Below, piece after piece: positions 9,573-18,015 of a stretch of DNA of 56,318 nt. Source of the DNA: Bacteroidota bacterium. GTDB taxonomy: Bacteria > Bacteroidota > Bacteroidia > Chitinophagales > Chitinophagaceae. The stretch lies in assembly GCA_031367625.1 (NCBI GenBank), contig JANLQE010000372.1:1-56318 (forward strand). Reading direction: 5' to 3'. The translations under genes and the position numbers were made by a program. Within the stretch, counting starts at the first letter, position 1. Every line of letters starts with the position of its first letter. The notes under the pieces were generated by a model that made no database searches, was not told the origin of the DNA, and saw only the letters and a program-made list of their open reading frames with translations.

Positions 9573-10093
9573 TGGTTTTGTTCTAAATAATCTTTTAAAT
9601 TATTGAGAGCGGCCTCATAACCCGGGCCGGCTATTTTATCAATAAATATCCCTGCAAATTTTTCCCAGGGATACCATTTAAGTTTTGTGAGTACCCTCCA
9701 CTCTACCTGTAAACCAGCAACATCTTTAATAGATATAATTGAAATGGTATTTTCTACATCTTTTTCGCCGGGCCTTATCAATAAAGTTTTTATTATTTCT
9801 GGCGCAGCGGCTGTAATAAGCAGTTTATTTGTCTTGTTTGTGGTAACCCACTCTGCATAAGCATTTACCCCTGTTGAAGGAGTACTAAATACGGCAGCGG
9901 AATCATTTTTAAAAACAGGGTGCCAGTTTTTCCAATTTTTTAAATCGGCTATTTGGGTAAATATTTTATCTGCCGGGGCATAAATTACTACCGCTTTTAC
10001 CGTCATTACTTTTGATGGTATAAATAAAGAAAGCAGGGTTACCATTAAAAATAAACCAAACAATACTATTACAAAACCTTTAATCATTTTCAT
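9566..10093 (-). CDS. SRPBCC/polyketide-cyclase-like protein with N-terminal membrane anchor
   Basis: IYAPADKIFTQIADLKNWKNWHP and C-terminal YEAALNNLKDYLE helix. Confidence 0.8.
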   Translation of the reverse strand: MKMIKGFVIVLFGLFLMVTLLSLFIPSKVMTVKAVVIYAPADKIFTQIADLKNWKNWHPVFKNDSAAVFSTPSTGVNAYAEWVTTNKTNKLLITAAAPEIIKTLLIRPGEKDVENTISIISIKDVAGLQVEWRVLTKLKWYPWEKFAGIFIDKIAGPGYEAALNNLKDYLEQNHQ

Positions 10094-10102
10094 AGTAAAA
10101 TA

Positions 10103-11212
10103 TTATTCCCATTTAAAAACTTTAACGGCTACAAAATATACTACTATACCCCACAATAATAAAACGCCTATTTCCCATCTTACATCCCATAAACTTTGCC
10201 CTTCAAATGCCACGCTGCGCATAGCAGTGTTCAAATGAGTTAATGGTAATGCTTTAGAAATAGGTTGCAACCATTTTGGGAAATTATCTATCGAAAAAAA
10301 TGTGCCGCCCAGTAAAAATTGCGGAAGCGTAATTAAATTGGCAAAGGGTGGGATGGTGCTGTCGCTGGTTGCAAGCCCGCTGACTATAAAACCAAAACCC
10401 ATAAATATTACCAGGCCAATAAAACTAAGTATCAGCATATCTAAAAAAGTTACTACCCCATTTATTAAAGTAAACCCAAAGAAAAAATAACCTACTGAAA
10501 TAATTACAATAGCGGTAAGCATTTGAAAAATTACACGGCTCAGGCCTTCGCCCAATACAATAAAAGTGCGGCTTACTGGTGTGGCAAAAAATCGTTTCAG
10601 CACCAGGGTATTTCTAAGATTGAAAAACATAAATGCAACCCCAAACACACCCGAACTTAATAACGAAAAACCCAACTGCCCCGGAAGAATAAAATCAATG
10701 GTTTTGTACTGGCGTATTTGAGTTATATCTTTTTTATAATCAAAATCAAATGCTGCAAAAGAAGGTCTGTTTGCATATAACTTACTGCTTACTTCGTTTA
10801 TTTTGTTTTCTATCAATGCTTTTAATTGTGGCCATTTGTCGTTGCTGGATGTGGTGCTTTTAAGTTGTACACTATAGGGATTTCCGGCTACTGTGTTTTT
10901 TGTAATATTAATAATTCCTGCTATTCTTCCTTTTTGCATATCCAGCATTAATTCTTTTTCCGAATTATATTTTACAATTTTAACACCTTCGGTATTTTTA
11001 ATTGCATTGTATAATTCATTGCTGGTATCTGCAGTATTTTCTACCACAATCCTGAAGGATTGCCTGCCCGTGCTATTGCCTATAAAACCAAAAACCAATA
11101 TAAAAATAAAAGGGAATACAAAGCTAAAAATAACTGCCGAAGGGCTGCGCATTATAGAGCGGAGGCTTGCTTTAGTAATTGCCCACATAGCTCTAAACTG
11201 ATTATACTTCAT
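10103..11212 (-). CDS. ABC-2 type exporter permease
   Basis: FSFVFPFIF, DFILPG, LKRFFATP, LGGTFFSIDNFPKWLQ..LPLTH. No ATPase gene adjacent. Confidence 0.9.
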   Translation of the reverse strand: MKYNQFRAMWAITKASLRSIMRSPSAVIFSFVFPFIFILVFGFIGNSTGRQSFRIVVENTADTSNELYNAIKNTEGVKIVKYNSEKELMLDMQKGRIAGIINITKNTVAGNPYSVQLKSTTSSNDKWPQLKALIENKINEVSSKLYANRPSFAAFDFDYKKDITQIRQYKTIDFILPGQLGFSLLSSGVFGVAFMFFNLRNTLVLKRFFATPVSRTFIVLGEGLSRVIFQMLTAIVIISVGYFFFGFTLINGVVTFLDMLILSFIGLVIFMGFGFIVSGLATSDSTIPPFANLITLPQFLLGGTFFSIDNFPKWLQPISKALPLTHLNTAMRSVAFEGQSLWDVRWEIGVLLLWGIVVYFVAVKVFKWE

Positions 11213-11272
11213 AAATACTCTTAACTTTGGAAAGCAAATCTATTATAAAAAACATTAAAAAAATTTGAAACT

Positions 11273-11309
11273 TACGACAAGTGTCGTATATTTGGTGGCA
11301 AATGTCATA
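11273..11309 (+). promoter_or_regulatory. TA operon operator pair overlapping the -7 promoter element
   Basis: Perfect inverted repeat TACGACA-AG-TGTCGTA (11273-11288), degenerate copy GGTGGCA-AA-TGTCATA (11294-11309), TATATTTG -7 box at 11287-11294. Confidence 0.7.
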
Positions 11310-11312
11310 TAA

Positions 11313-11768
11313 ATGAAAAAAATAGCCTCAATAAAAAAGAAAGTTATTTATAAGGCAACGGGCATTTCTAATAAAGTAGAAGAACCCGTTGCAGAATACA
11401 AAACTTTAAAGGTATTGCCCCAGCTTAAAGAATTTACTTATAACGAATTTAAAAAAATTGCTGATAAAACACCTTTTACCCAGGCAGAATGGGCGGCTAT
11501 GCTGCATGTAAGCGAACGCACTTTACAACGCTATGCAAAAGGTAATGGCTCTTTTGCGTCCATCAATGCAGAAAGGGCTTTGCAAATTGCCAAAGTATTA
11601 GAAGAGGGTAAAATTGCTTTTGGAAAAGTTGAAAATTTTTACATCTGGATAAAAAGAAATCCCTACATGCTGGAAGGCGATCTTTCTTTTAATTCTCTTA
11701 CCTCTTACGAAGGCATTCAAAAAATATTAACACAATTAAGCAGAATTCAACACGGCCTTTTTGCATGA
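11313..11768 (+). CDS. Xre/MbcA/ParS-type antitoxin
   Basis: HTH (EWAAMLHVSERTLQRY) and C-terminal FG...W...P...L...G...L.RIQHGLFA pattern; ATGA overlap with the RES gene. Confidence 0.9.
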   Translation: MKKIASIKKKVIYKATGISNKVEEPVAEYKTLKVLPQLKEFTYNEFKKIADKTPFTQAEWAAMLHVSERTLQRYAKGNGSFASINAERALQIAKVLEEGKIAFGKVENFYIWIKRNPYMLEGDLSFNSLTSYEGIQKILTQLSRIQHGLFA

Positions 11769-12223
11769 TAGTTTACAGGATAAGTAATGCAGTTTATCAG
11801 AATGATCTTTCCGGTACGGGTGCTAAAATAAATGGTGCCAGATGGAATAGCAAAGGCGTCCCTATGCTTTATACATCCGGCCATATTTCTTTAACAGTTT
11901 TAGAAATGCTTGTTAATACTAACTTTAAAGACTACAGCATAGCACTGGACTTATTATTTATTAAATTACCTGATGATGAAACAACCAGCGAAATAACCCT
12001 GAGTAAAATAAAAGAGAACTGGAAAGACGATATTTCTTACACTAAATTTATCGGTGACGAATTTATTAAACAAAATCATGCACTGCTTTTAAAAGTACCC
12101 TCTGCCGTAATTAATGAAGAATATAATTTTCTGATTAATCCTTTACATACTGATTTTAAAAAAGTAAAGATTCAAAAAACTAAATCTTTCTGGCCGGATA
12201 AAAGGCTTTTTGCTATTGAATGA
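11765..12223 (+). CDS. RES-domain toxin (NAD+ phosphorylase family)
   Basis: MIVYRIS, GARWNSKG, LEMLV, LKVPSAV, NFLINPLH; R/E/S residues present. Confidence 0.92.
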   Translation: MIVYRISNAVYQNDLSGTGAKINGARWNSKGVPMLYTSGHISLTVLEMLVNTNFKDYSIALDLLFIKLPDDETTSEITLSKIKENWKDDISYTKFIGDEFIKQNHALLLKVPSAVINEEYNFLINPLHTDFKKVKIQKTKSFWPDKRLFAIE

Positions 12224-12699
12224 ATAAAATTTATATTTTACTTGGCAGCAATGTAGGCAATAGTAAAAGCAACTTATTAATTGCACAAAAATATATTGAA
12301 AAGCAAATCGGCCCAGTCATTCGCCAAAGCACTCTTTATGCAACTGCAGCATGGGGTAATACCAACCAGGCAGATTTTTTAAACCAGGTAATTATTGTTG
12401 CATCAAAACTTACTGCGGAAAATGCTATAGTAAAAATTTTAAATATTGAACATAAAATGGGCCGCATACGCTCCGTCAAAAATGCGCCACGCCTGATTGA
12501 TATTGATATTTTATTTTTTAACAAACAAATTATACAAAAAGAAAATTTAACCATCCCTCACCCTGCTATTCAATTGAGGCGCTTTGTACTGGTTCCCCTC
12601 AATGAGCTGTCTCCAAATTTTATTCACCCGGTTTTATATAAAACCATTCACCAATTACTGTTTAAATGCCCCGATAAACTTACAGTAAAAAAAATTTAG
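12220..12699 (+). CDS. folK: 6-hydroxymethyl-7,8-dihydropterin pyrophosphokinase
   Basis: LLGSNVG, FLNQV, PRLIDIDILF, LTIPHP, RRFVLVPL. Confidence 0.96.
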   Translation: MNKIYILLGSNVGNSKSNLLIAQKYIEKQIGPVIRQSTLYATAAWGNTNQADFLNQVIIVASKLTAENAIVKILNIEHKMGRIRSVKNAPRLIDIDILFFNKQIIQKENLTIPHPAIQLRRFVLVPLNELSPNFIHPVLYKTIHQLLFKCPDKLTVKKI

Positions 12700-12734
12700 C
12701 TAACCTAACTATCTTTCCAGTTATTTTGCAGCAC

Positions 12735-13367
12735 ATGAAATATAATTTTGTAACAATAGAAGGAAATATCGGCGCAGGCAAAACCACATTGGCTCATTTG
12801 CTTAGTAAACATTACAATGCAAGGCTTATCCTGGAACAATTTGCTGAAAATCCTTTCTTACCAAAATTTTATGAAAGCCCGGAGCAGTACGCTTTTCCGC
12901 TGGAATTATTTTTTATGGCAGAGCGCTATAAGCAGTTAAAGGATTTATTGCAAACAAAAGATATGTTTCAAAATATTACGGTATCTGATTATCTTTTTAC
13001 CAAATGTCTTTTGTTTGCAAAAGTAAATTTACCGGATGAAGAATTCAGGCTGTATCAAAAATTATTCGATATTATCAATCCTCAGATTATACAACCCGAT
13101 ATTTTAATTTACCTGCACACTCCGGTAAATAAACTGCAGGAAAATATTAAAAAACGTAACCGGCAATATGAGCAGGGCATACCCAACGGTTATTTATTTT
13201 CTTTGCAGGAAACTTATACCCAATACATAAAACAACATAACATTAAAACACTTTTTGTAGATGTCGGCAATGCAGATTTTTTGGGTAATGAAGCACATTT
13301 AAAAACCATTACAGATGCGTTAGATAAAGAATATGAGAACGGTCAACATTATATTATACTGCCATAA
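12735..13367 (+). CDS. Deoxynucleoside kinase (start revised to ATG 12735)
   Basis: IEGNIGAGKTT P-loop, NPFLPKFY, PDILIYL, RNRQYE. Confidence 0.93.
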   Translation: MKYNFVTIEGNIGAGKTTLAHLLSKHYNARLILEQFAENPFLPKFYESPEQYAFPLELFFMAERYKQLKDLLQTKDMFQNITVSDYLFTKCLLFAKVNLPDEEFRLYQKLFDIINPQIIQPDILIYLHTPVNKLQENIKKRNRQYEQGIPNGYLFSLQETYTQYIKQHNIKTLFVDVGNADFLGNEAHLKTITDALDKEYENGQHYIILP

Positions 13368-13375
13368 TGTAAACG

Positions 13376-14590
13376 ATGAACAGTAAAAATAATTTACCTA
13401 AAGAATTCTGGCATTTTATTTCTGCACGCCTTTTTTACACGCTTGGCCTGCGGATGATTGCAACTATTGTTGTTTACCAGATATTTCATCTTGCCAACAC
13501 CTACATGGTAGGTATTGCAGGGCTTACAGAGTTTTTACCGGCAGTAGCCACAGCTTTATACGCCGGTCATTACATTGATACGCACAATAAAAAAAATATC
13601 CTTGTATGGTCGTATGCTTTTTATTTTCTCTGCGCTTTTTCTTTAGCGTTTATCAGTTTACCACAATTAAACCTGGCAGCCTCCACAAAAGTGGCCGCCA
13701 TACTTTGCACTGTTTTTTCTACCGGCGTTATCCGGTCATTTTCTGCGCCTGCTTCAAACAGTATGATTGCCGCTATTGTGTCCCGGCAAAAATTGCAAAA
13801 AGCCATTTCACTTAATACTTCTACTTATCTTACTTCATCTATTACGGGGCATGCAACCGGCGGACTGTTAATTGCTTTAACCGGTATTTCAAATGCCTAT
13901 TTTGTATCTGCAGTTTTATTAATTACGGCAAGCATTTTTGCCTTGCGCATAAAACCAAAACCTCCTGTACTTTCAGAAAAAAAAGAGCCTATGGTGCAGG
14001 CTATTAAACATGGATTTTCTTTTGTTTGGAATAATAAAACACTGCTCGGTGTAATTTCGCTGGATCTTTTTGCTGTTTTATTTGGCGGTGCAGTTGCCTT
14101 TATACCAGAAATTGCTGAACATGTACTGCACACGGGGCCCATAGGTTACGGGTTCTTAAATGCCGCAATGGATATAGGCAGCCTTATCAGTATTTTACTT
14201 TTGCTGATTACACCAATGAAACAAAAGCAGGGATTAAAAATGTTGCTTTCAGTAGCCAGTTTTGGATTATTTATTATTGTTTTTGGCTTATCAAAAATGT
14301 ATTGGTTAAGCTTTTTAGCTTTGGCAGGTGCAGGTTTTTTTGATGGTATAAGCATGGTGGTACGGGGCACTATATCACAGTTGAATACTCCGGATGAATT
14401 GCGTGGCAGGGTATCTTCCATCAATATGATATTCATCAATTCCTCTAACGAACTTGGCCAGTTTGAAAGTGGCGTTACTTCCCGTCTTTTTGGTACCCTC
14501 CCTGCTGTGGTTTTTGGTGGGTTAATGTCGGTGCTGGTAGTTGTGGGTACATGGTTTAAATTTCCGAATCTGAGGAAAATTGAATATTAA
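13376..14590 (+). CDS. MFS transporter (DHA3/H+ antiporter-like)
   Basis: About 12 hydrophobic segments, LDLFAVLFGGA, TPDELRGRVSS, SSNELGQFESG. Confidence 0.88.
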   Translation: MNSKNNLPKEFWHFISARLFYTLGLRMIATIVVYQIFHLANTYMVGIAGLTEFLPAVATALYAGHYIDTHNKKNILVWSYAFYFLCAFSLAFISLPQLNLAASTKVAAILCTVFSTGVIRSFSAPASNSMIAAIVSRQKLQKAISLNTSTYLTSSITGHATGGLLIALTGISNAYFVSAVLLITASIFALRIKPKPPVLSEKKEPMVQAIKHGFSFVWNNKTLLGVISLDLFAVLFGGAVAFIPEIAEHVLHTGPIGYGFLNAAMDIGSLISILLLLITPMKQKQGLKMLLSVASFGLFIIVFGLSKMYWLSFLALAGAGFFDGISMVVRGTISQLNTPDELRGRVSSINMIFINSSNELGQFESGVTSRLFGTLPAVVFGGLMSVLVVVGTWFKFPNLRKIEY

Positions 14591-14759
14591 AAGCAATGAT
14601 TTTTTGTTACCGGCAATAGTTTTTCATAGCATCAGCGTTGCGTCGCAATCCGTTCACCGGCAAACTAATCTGGAACTTTTATCATAGCGTAAAATGTTAT
14701 GTTTGATGCTGTCATTCAATCAAAAAATTATTGTAATTTTAAACATAAATATTTTCACT

Positions 14760-15671
14760 ATGCAACGCAGAAAATTCCTTCGCAATACTGGCCTTACATT
14801 AGGAAGTTTAGCTTTTTTAAATTCAAAATCATTAACTCAATTTTTTGCAGACCCGGCGTATAATATAAAAATGCTGACAGATACTATTGGCGTGTTTACA
14901 GAGAAAGGCGGTACTATTTTATTTATGCTTGGTAAAGATGGGCCTGTCATTGTAGATGCACAATTTCCTGACGCTGCACAACACCTTATTGATGAAGTAA
15001 AAAAGAAAACAACTATTCCTTTTCGCCTGCTGATAAATACTCACCACCATGCCGATCATTCTGCCGGTAATATTGCTTTTAAGGGATTGGTGGCGCATGT
15101 GCTGGCGCATGAAAATTCAAAGATTAATCAACAGAACGTTGCTATCAAAAATAAAAACGAAGACAAACAATTATATCCTGATCAAACCTATTCCGATACA
15201 TGGAGTGAAAAAATCGGCAAAGAAGAAATATCCATGCACTACTATGGTGCGGGCCATACAAACGGAGACAGTGTGGTACAATTAAAAAAAAGCAATATCA
15301 TACACATGGGCGATTTGGTTTTTAACCGCCGCCATCCTTTTATTGACAAAACTGCAGGGGCAAGCATCGCCAACTGGATAAAAGTGTTGGATAAAACCAC
15401 TGCAACCTTTGATACAAAAACTATTTATGTATGCGGTCATGCCGCTACAGGCTATGATATTGTTTTAAAAGCTGATGACTTACTTGCCTTTAGAGATTAC
15501 CTGGGAAATCTTTTAAAATTTACCGAAGAAGAAATAAAATCGGGCAAAACAATAGAAGAAATTATTAAAGCAACTGAAATCCCCGGCTCCCCACAATGGA
15601 AAGGCGATGGAATAGACCGGCCTCTTAAAGCCGCTTACCAGGAGCTGACCAATACCAGCCCAAAGTTCTAA
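14760..15671 (+). CDS. Tat-exported MBL-fold metallo-hydrolase (start revised to ATG 14760)
   Basis: MQRRKFL twin-arginine signal; THHHADH, HTNGD, MGDL and GH metal ligands. Confidence 0.88.
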   Translation: MQRRKFLRNTGLTLGSLAFLNSKSLTQFFADPAYNIKMLTDTIGVFTEKGGTILFMLGKDGPVIVDAQFPDAAQHLIDEVKKKTTIPFRLLINTHHHADHSAGNIAFKGLVAHVLAHENSKINQQNVAIKNKNEDKQLYPDQTYSDTWSEKIGKEEISMHYYGAGHTNGDSVVQLKKSNIIHMGDLVFNRRHPFIDKTAGASIANWIKVLDKTTATFDTKTIYVCGHAATGYDIVLKADDLLAFRDYLGNLLKFTEEEIKSGKTIEEIIKATEIPGSPQWKGDGIDRPLKAAYQELTNTSPKF

Positions 15672-15683
15672 AGATTTCTACAG

Positions 15684-16196
15684 ATGCAAAAAATGATAAA
15701 TGATATTTTTTTAGAAAGTGCAAAAACAAAATTTTTGTATTACAAAGAGTTGGGCGAAAAAGCGATAGACCAGTTGCAGCCTCAACAACTATTTATATTA
15801 CCCAATGAAGACGGTAACAGCATTGCCATGATTGTACAACATGTTTCCGGCAATATGATTAGCAGATGGACAGATTTTTTAACTACCGACGGAGAAAAAG
15901 AATGGCGTAAAAGAGATGCAGAATTTAATGTTGTTTTAAAAACAAAAGACCAGGTAATGAAATGCTGGGTTGCAGGATGGGCCTGCCTTTTTAATGCACT
16001 AAATCAGTTACAACCCAGCCAATTACTGCAAATTATTTGTATCAGAAATGAACCGCATACTCTCATAGAAGCTATCCACAGGCAACTGGCGCATTACCCT
16101 TATCATGTGGGGCAAATAATTTTTTATGCAAAAATACTAAAGGAAAAAGAATGGGACACTTTATCTATACCAAGAAATAAAAACATAAAAACATAA
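15684..16196 (+). CDS. DUF1572 / DinB-like protein
   Basis: NSIAMIVQHVSGNMISRWTDFLTTDGEKEWRKRDAEF; RQLAHYPYHVGQI. Confidence 0.88.
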   Translation: MQKMINDIFLESAKTKFLYYKELGEKAIDQLQPQQLFILPNEDGNSIAMIVQHVSGNMISRWTDFLTTDGEKEWRKRDAEFNVVLKTKDQVMKCWVAGWACLFNALNQLQPSQLLQIICIRNEPHTLIEAIHRQLAHYPYHVGQIIFYAKILKEKEWDTLSIPRNKNIKT

Positions 16197-16295
16197 TTAT
16201 CATTTTGCCACGAATGGTTATGAATATTATTTAAACTTGTTCGTGCATTAGTGGCTTTAAATATTTTCAAAAAACGTTAAACAACGTTTTTTAAG

Positions 16296-16775
16296 CTATT
16301 TGCCAATTAATTTTTCCAGAACAAAATAAACAATAGGGCAAAAAGTAGAATTTTTCAATGTAAGCTGTTGGCGTTTCAAAATAACATCTTCGTTGGTATA
16401 AGGAAAACGGCTGCAGTCCGATGGGCGTTCCTTATAAATGCTGCAGTAATTATCGTTGCCCAAAAACGGGCAGGGCTTTGTATTAACAACATAATCGCCT
16501 TCATTATCCAGCACAAGGTATTTTTCAATAAACTCACCTTCTTTTAGTTTTAAATGCTTTGCAATGCGTTTAACATCGGGGGTTTTAAAACGGGGAGAAT
16601 AATTTTTGCAGCATGCAGCACAGTTAAGGCAGTTTATGTTGCTAAAAGCTTCTTCATGCAGTTCTGGCAACTGTTTCAGCACTTTATTTTTATCCGCACG
16701 TTGCAAAAACTGCTTATATTTTTTTTGATTATCCAGAGATTTTTTTTGCCAGTTATGCAATATGCCGTTATCCAT
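16296..16775 (-). CDS. YkgJ family cysteine-cluster (Zn/Fe-chelating) protein
   Basis: CLNCAACC, PCPFL, CSIYKERPSDCSRFPY. Confidence 0.9.
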   Translation of the reverse strand: MDNGILHNWQKKSLDNQKKYKQFLQRADKNKVLKQLPELHEEAFSNINCLNCAACCKNYSPRFKTPDVKRIAKHLKLKEGEFIEKYLVLDNEGDYVVNTKPCPFLGNDNYCSIYKERPSDCSRFPYTNEDVILKRQQLTLKNSTFCPIVYFVLEKLIGK

Positions 16776-16890
16776 AATGCAAATATCGTTTTTACAATTT
16801 TAATGGCAAAAGCACTGTATAAACGTTTAAGAAAAAAATACAAATATTTAGTTTCAATTGATTTTATTAATTTGTACCAAATTTTATTAC

Positions 16891-17673
16891 ATGAAAACAG
16901 TAATTGTTCCTTTAGATTTTTCTGAAACATCTTTGAATGCAGCACATTATGCAGCAGGGATGTATAAAAACAGGGCTGATGTAGCGCTTATTTTATATCA
17001 TTATCATACCAGTGGCGAAAATATTTCCACCATTAATAATTATCTGGATAGTTTAAAAAATGAACTCTCAGAATCTATAGCAAATGTTGAGACCGTGGCA
17101 GAATCCGGTGATAATTTCATTGACAGCCTTTCTGCATTTGCTCATGTAAGGCGTGCATACATGATTGTAATGGGCCTCACCGGAAAATCGCCCATCACAC
17201 AACGCTTCTCAGGTTCCAACACGTTAAAAATGTCAGAAAAAAATGTGTGCCCTGTTTTAATTGTGCCGGATGATGCAAAATATAAAGGCATAGAGAATAT
17301 TTTGATTACATCTGAAATGAAATACATAGAAGAAACACCGGTACTGCTTGCGATAAAAAGGGTGCTGCAGGATTTTAAACCATCATTGCATGTTTTAAAT
17401 GTAGATGAAAGCCATTACATTTCTTTAACTGACAGCTTTAAAGAAGAGAGAGATAAAATGGAAAAAATATTAGCAGAATTTAAACCTGAATTTTATTTTA
17501 TGCGCCTGTACGATTTTCATGAATCGGTAAATCTTTTTGTGCATGATAAAGATATTGACATGATTATTATTGGACCAAAATACCATAGTTTTTATGAAAA
17601 ACTCTTTAAAACACAGCATACAAAAAAAATGATATATCAAAGCAAAGTACCTGTACTGGCGGTGCATGAATGA
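16891..17673 (+). CDS. Tandem universal stress protein (start revised to ATG 16891)
   Basis: MKTVIVPLDFSETS, MIVMGLTG, GSNT, CPVLIVP, VPVLAVHE. Confidence 0.92.
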   Translation: MKTVIVPLDFSETSLNAAHYAAGMYKNRADVALILYHYHTSGENISTINNYLDSLKNELSESIANVETVAESGDNFIDSLSAFAHVRRAYMIVMGLTGKSPITQRFSGSNTLKMSEKNVCPVLIVPDDAKYKGIENILITSEMKYIEETPVLLAIKRVLQDFKPSLHVLNVDESHYISLTDSFKEERDKMEKILAEFKPEFYFMRLYDFHESVNLFVHDKDIDMIIIGPKYHSFYEKLFKTQHTKKMIYQSKVPVLAVHE

Positions 17674-17704
17674 ATAATTAATTTATATTTATGCTGTAAA
17701 AAAT

Positions 17705-17733
17705 GTTATTGCCTTTGCGATAACTTTTTTTTT
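17705..17733 (+). terminator. Intrinsic terminator after usp
   Basis: GTTATTGC-CTTT-GCGATAAC followed by T9. Confidence 0.75.
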
Positions 17734-17852
17734 AATCTACCGGCCTGATGCCTCAACAGTTTTGTTGAGGCCGCAGCCCCTAAATATTACTCCGCCTTTC
17801 CACAGATAAAAACTCCATAATATAAAGAATGCTAAATGTAATTGGGTTGCCT

Positions 17853-18015
17853 TAATTTTGCCTCCAATTATTTAAATAACCTGCCCGTTAAAGGCGTTTT
17901 CAAAGGCTCAAAAAGTACAAGTCCCGATAAAAATGTAATATGGGATGCCGGTAATACCGGCAAGTGACACGACGGTGTTGCACATTGCGCTGAGCCGCTA
18001 ACAAAAAAAATATTT
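17853..18015 (+). promoter_or_regulatory. gcvP promoter (-7 TAATTTTG) and structured 5' leader, candidate cis-regulatory RNA
   Basis: TAATTTTG at 17853-17860; closing stem GGCTCA(17905-10)/TGAGCC(17991-96) encloses three hairpins. Confidence 0.55.

Noticed and set aside
14760-15671. Metallo-beta-lactamase resistance gene
   Set aside because: The fold motif alone is not diagnostic, and the B1-type Cys ligand is not seen (MGDL has Asp).
17860-18015. Canonical glycine riboswitch before gcvP
   Set aside because: The GGAGAG, CCGAAG and CTCTCAGG cores are absent; reported instead as an unknown structured leader.
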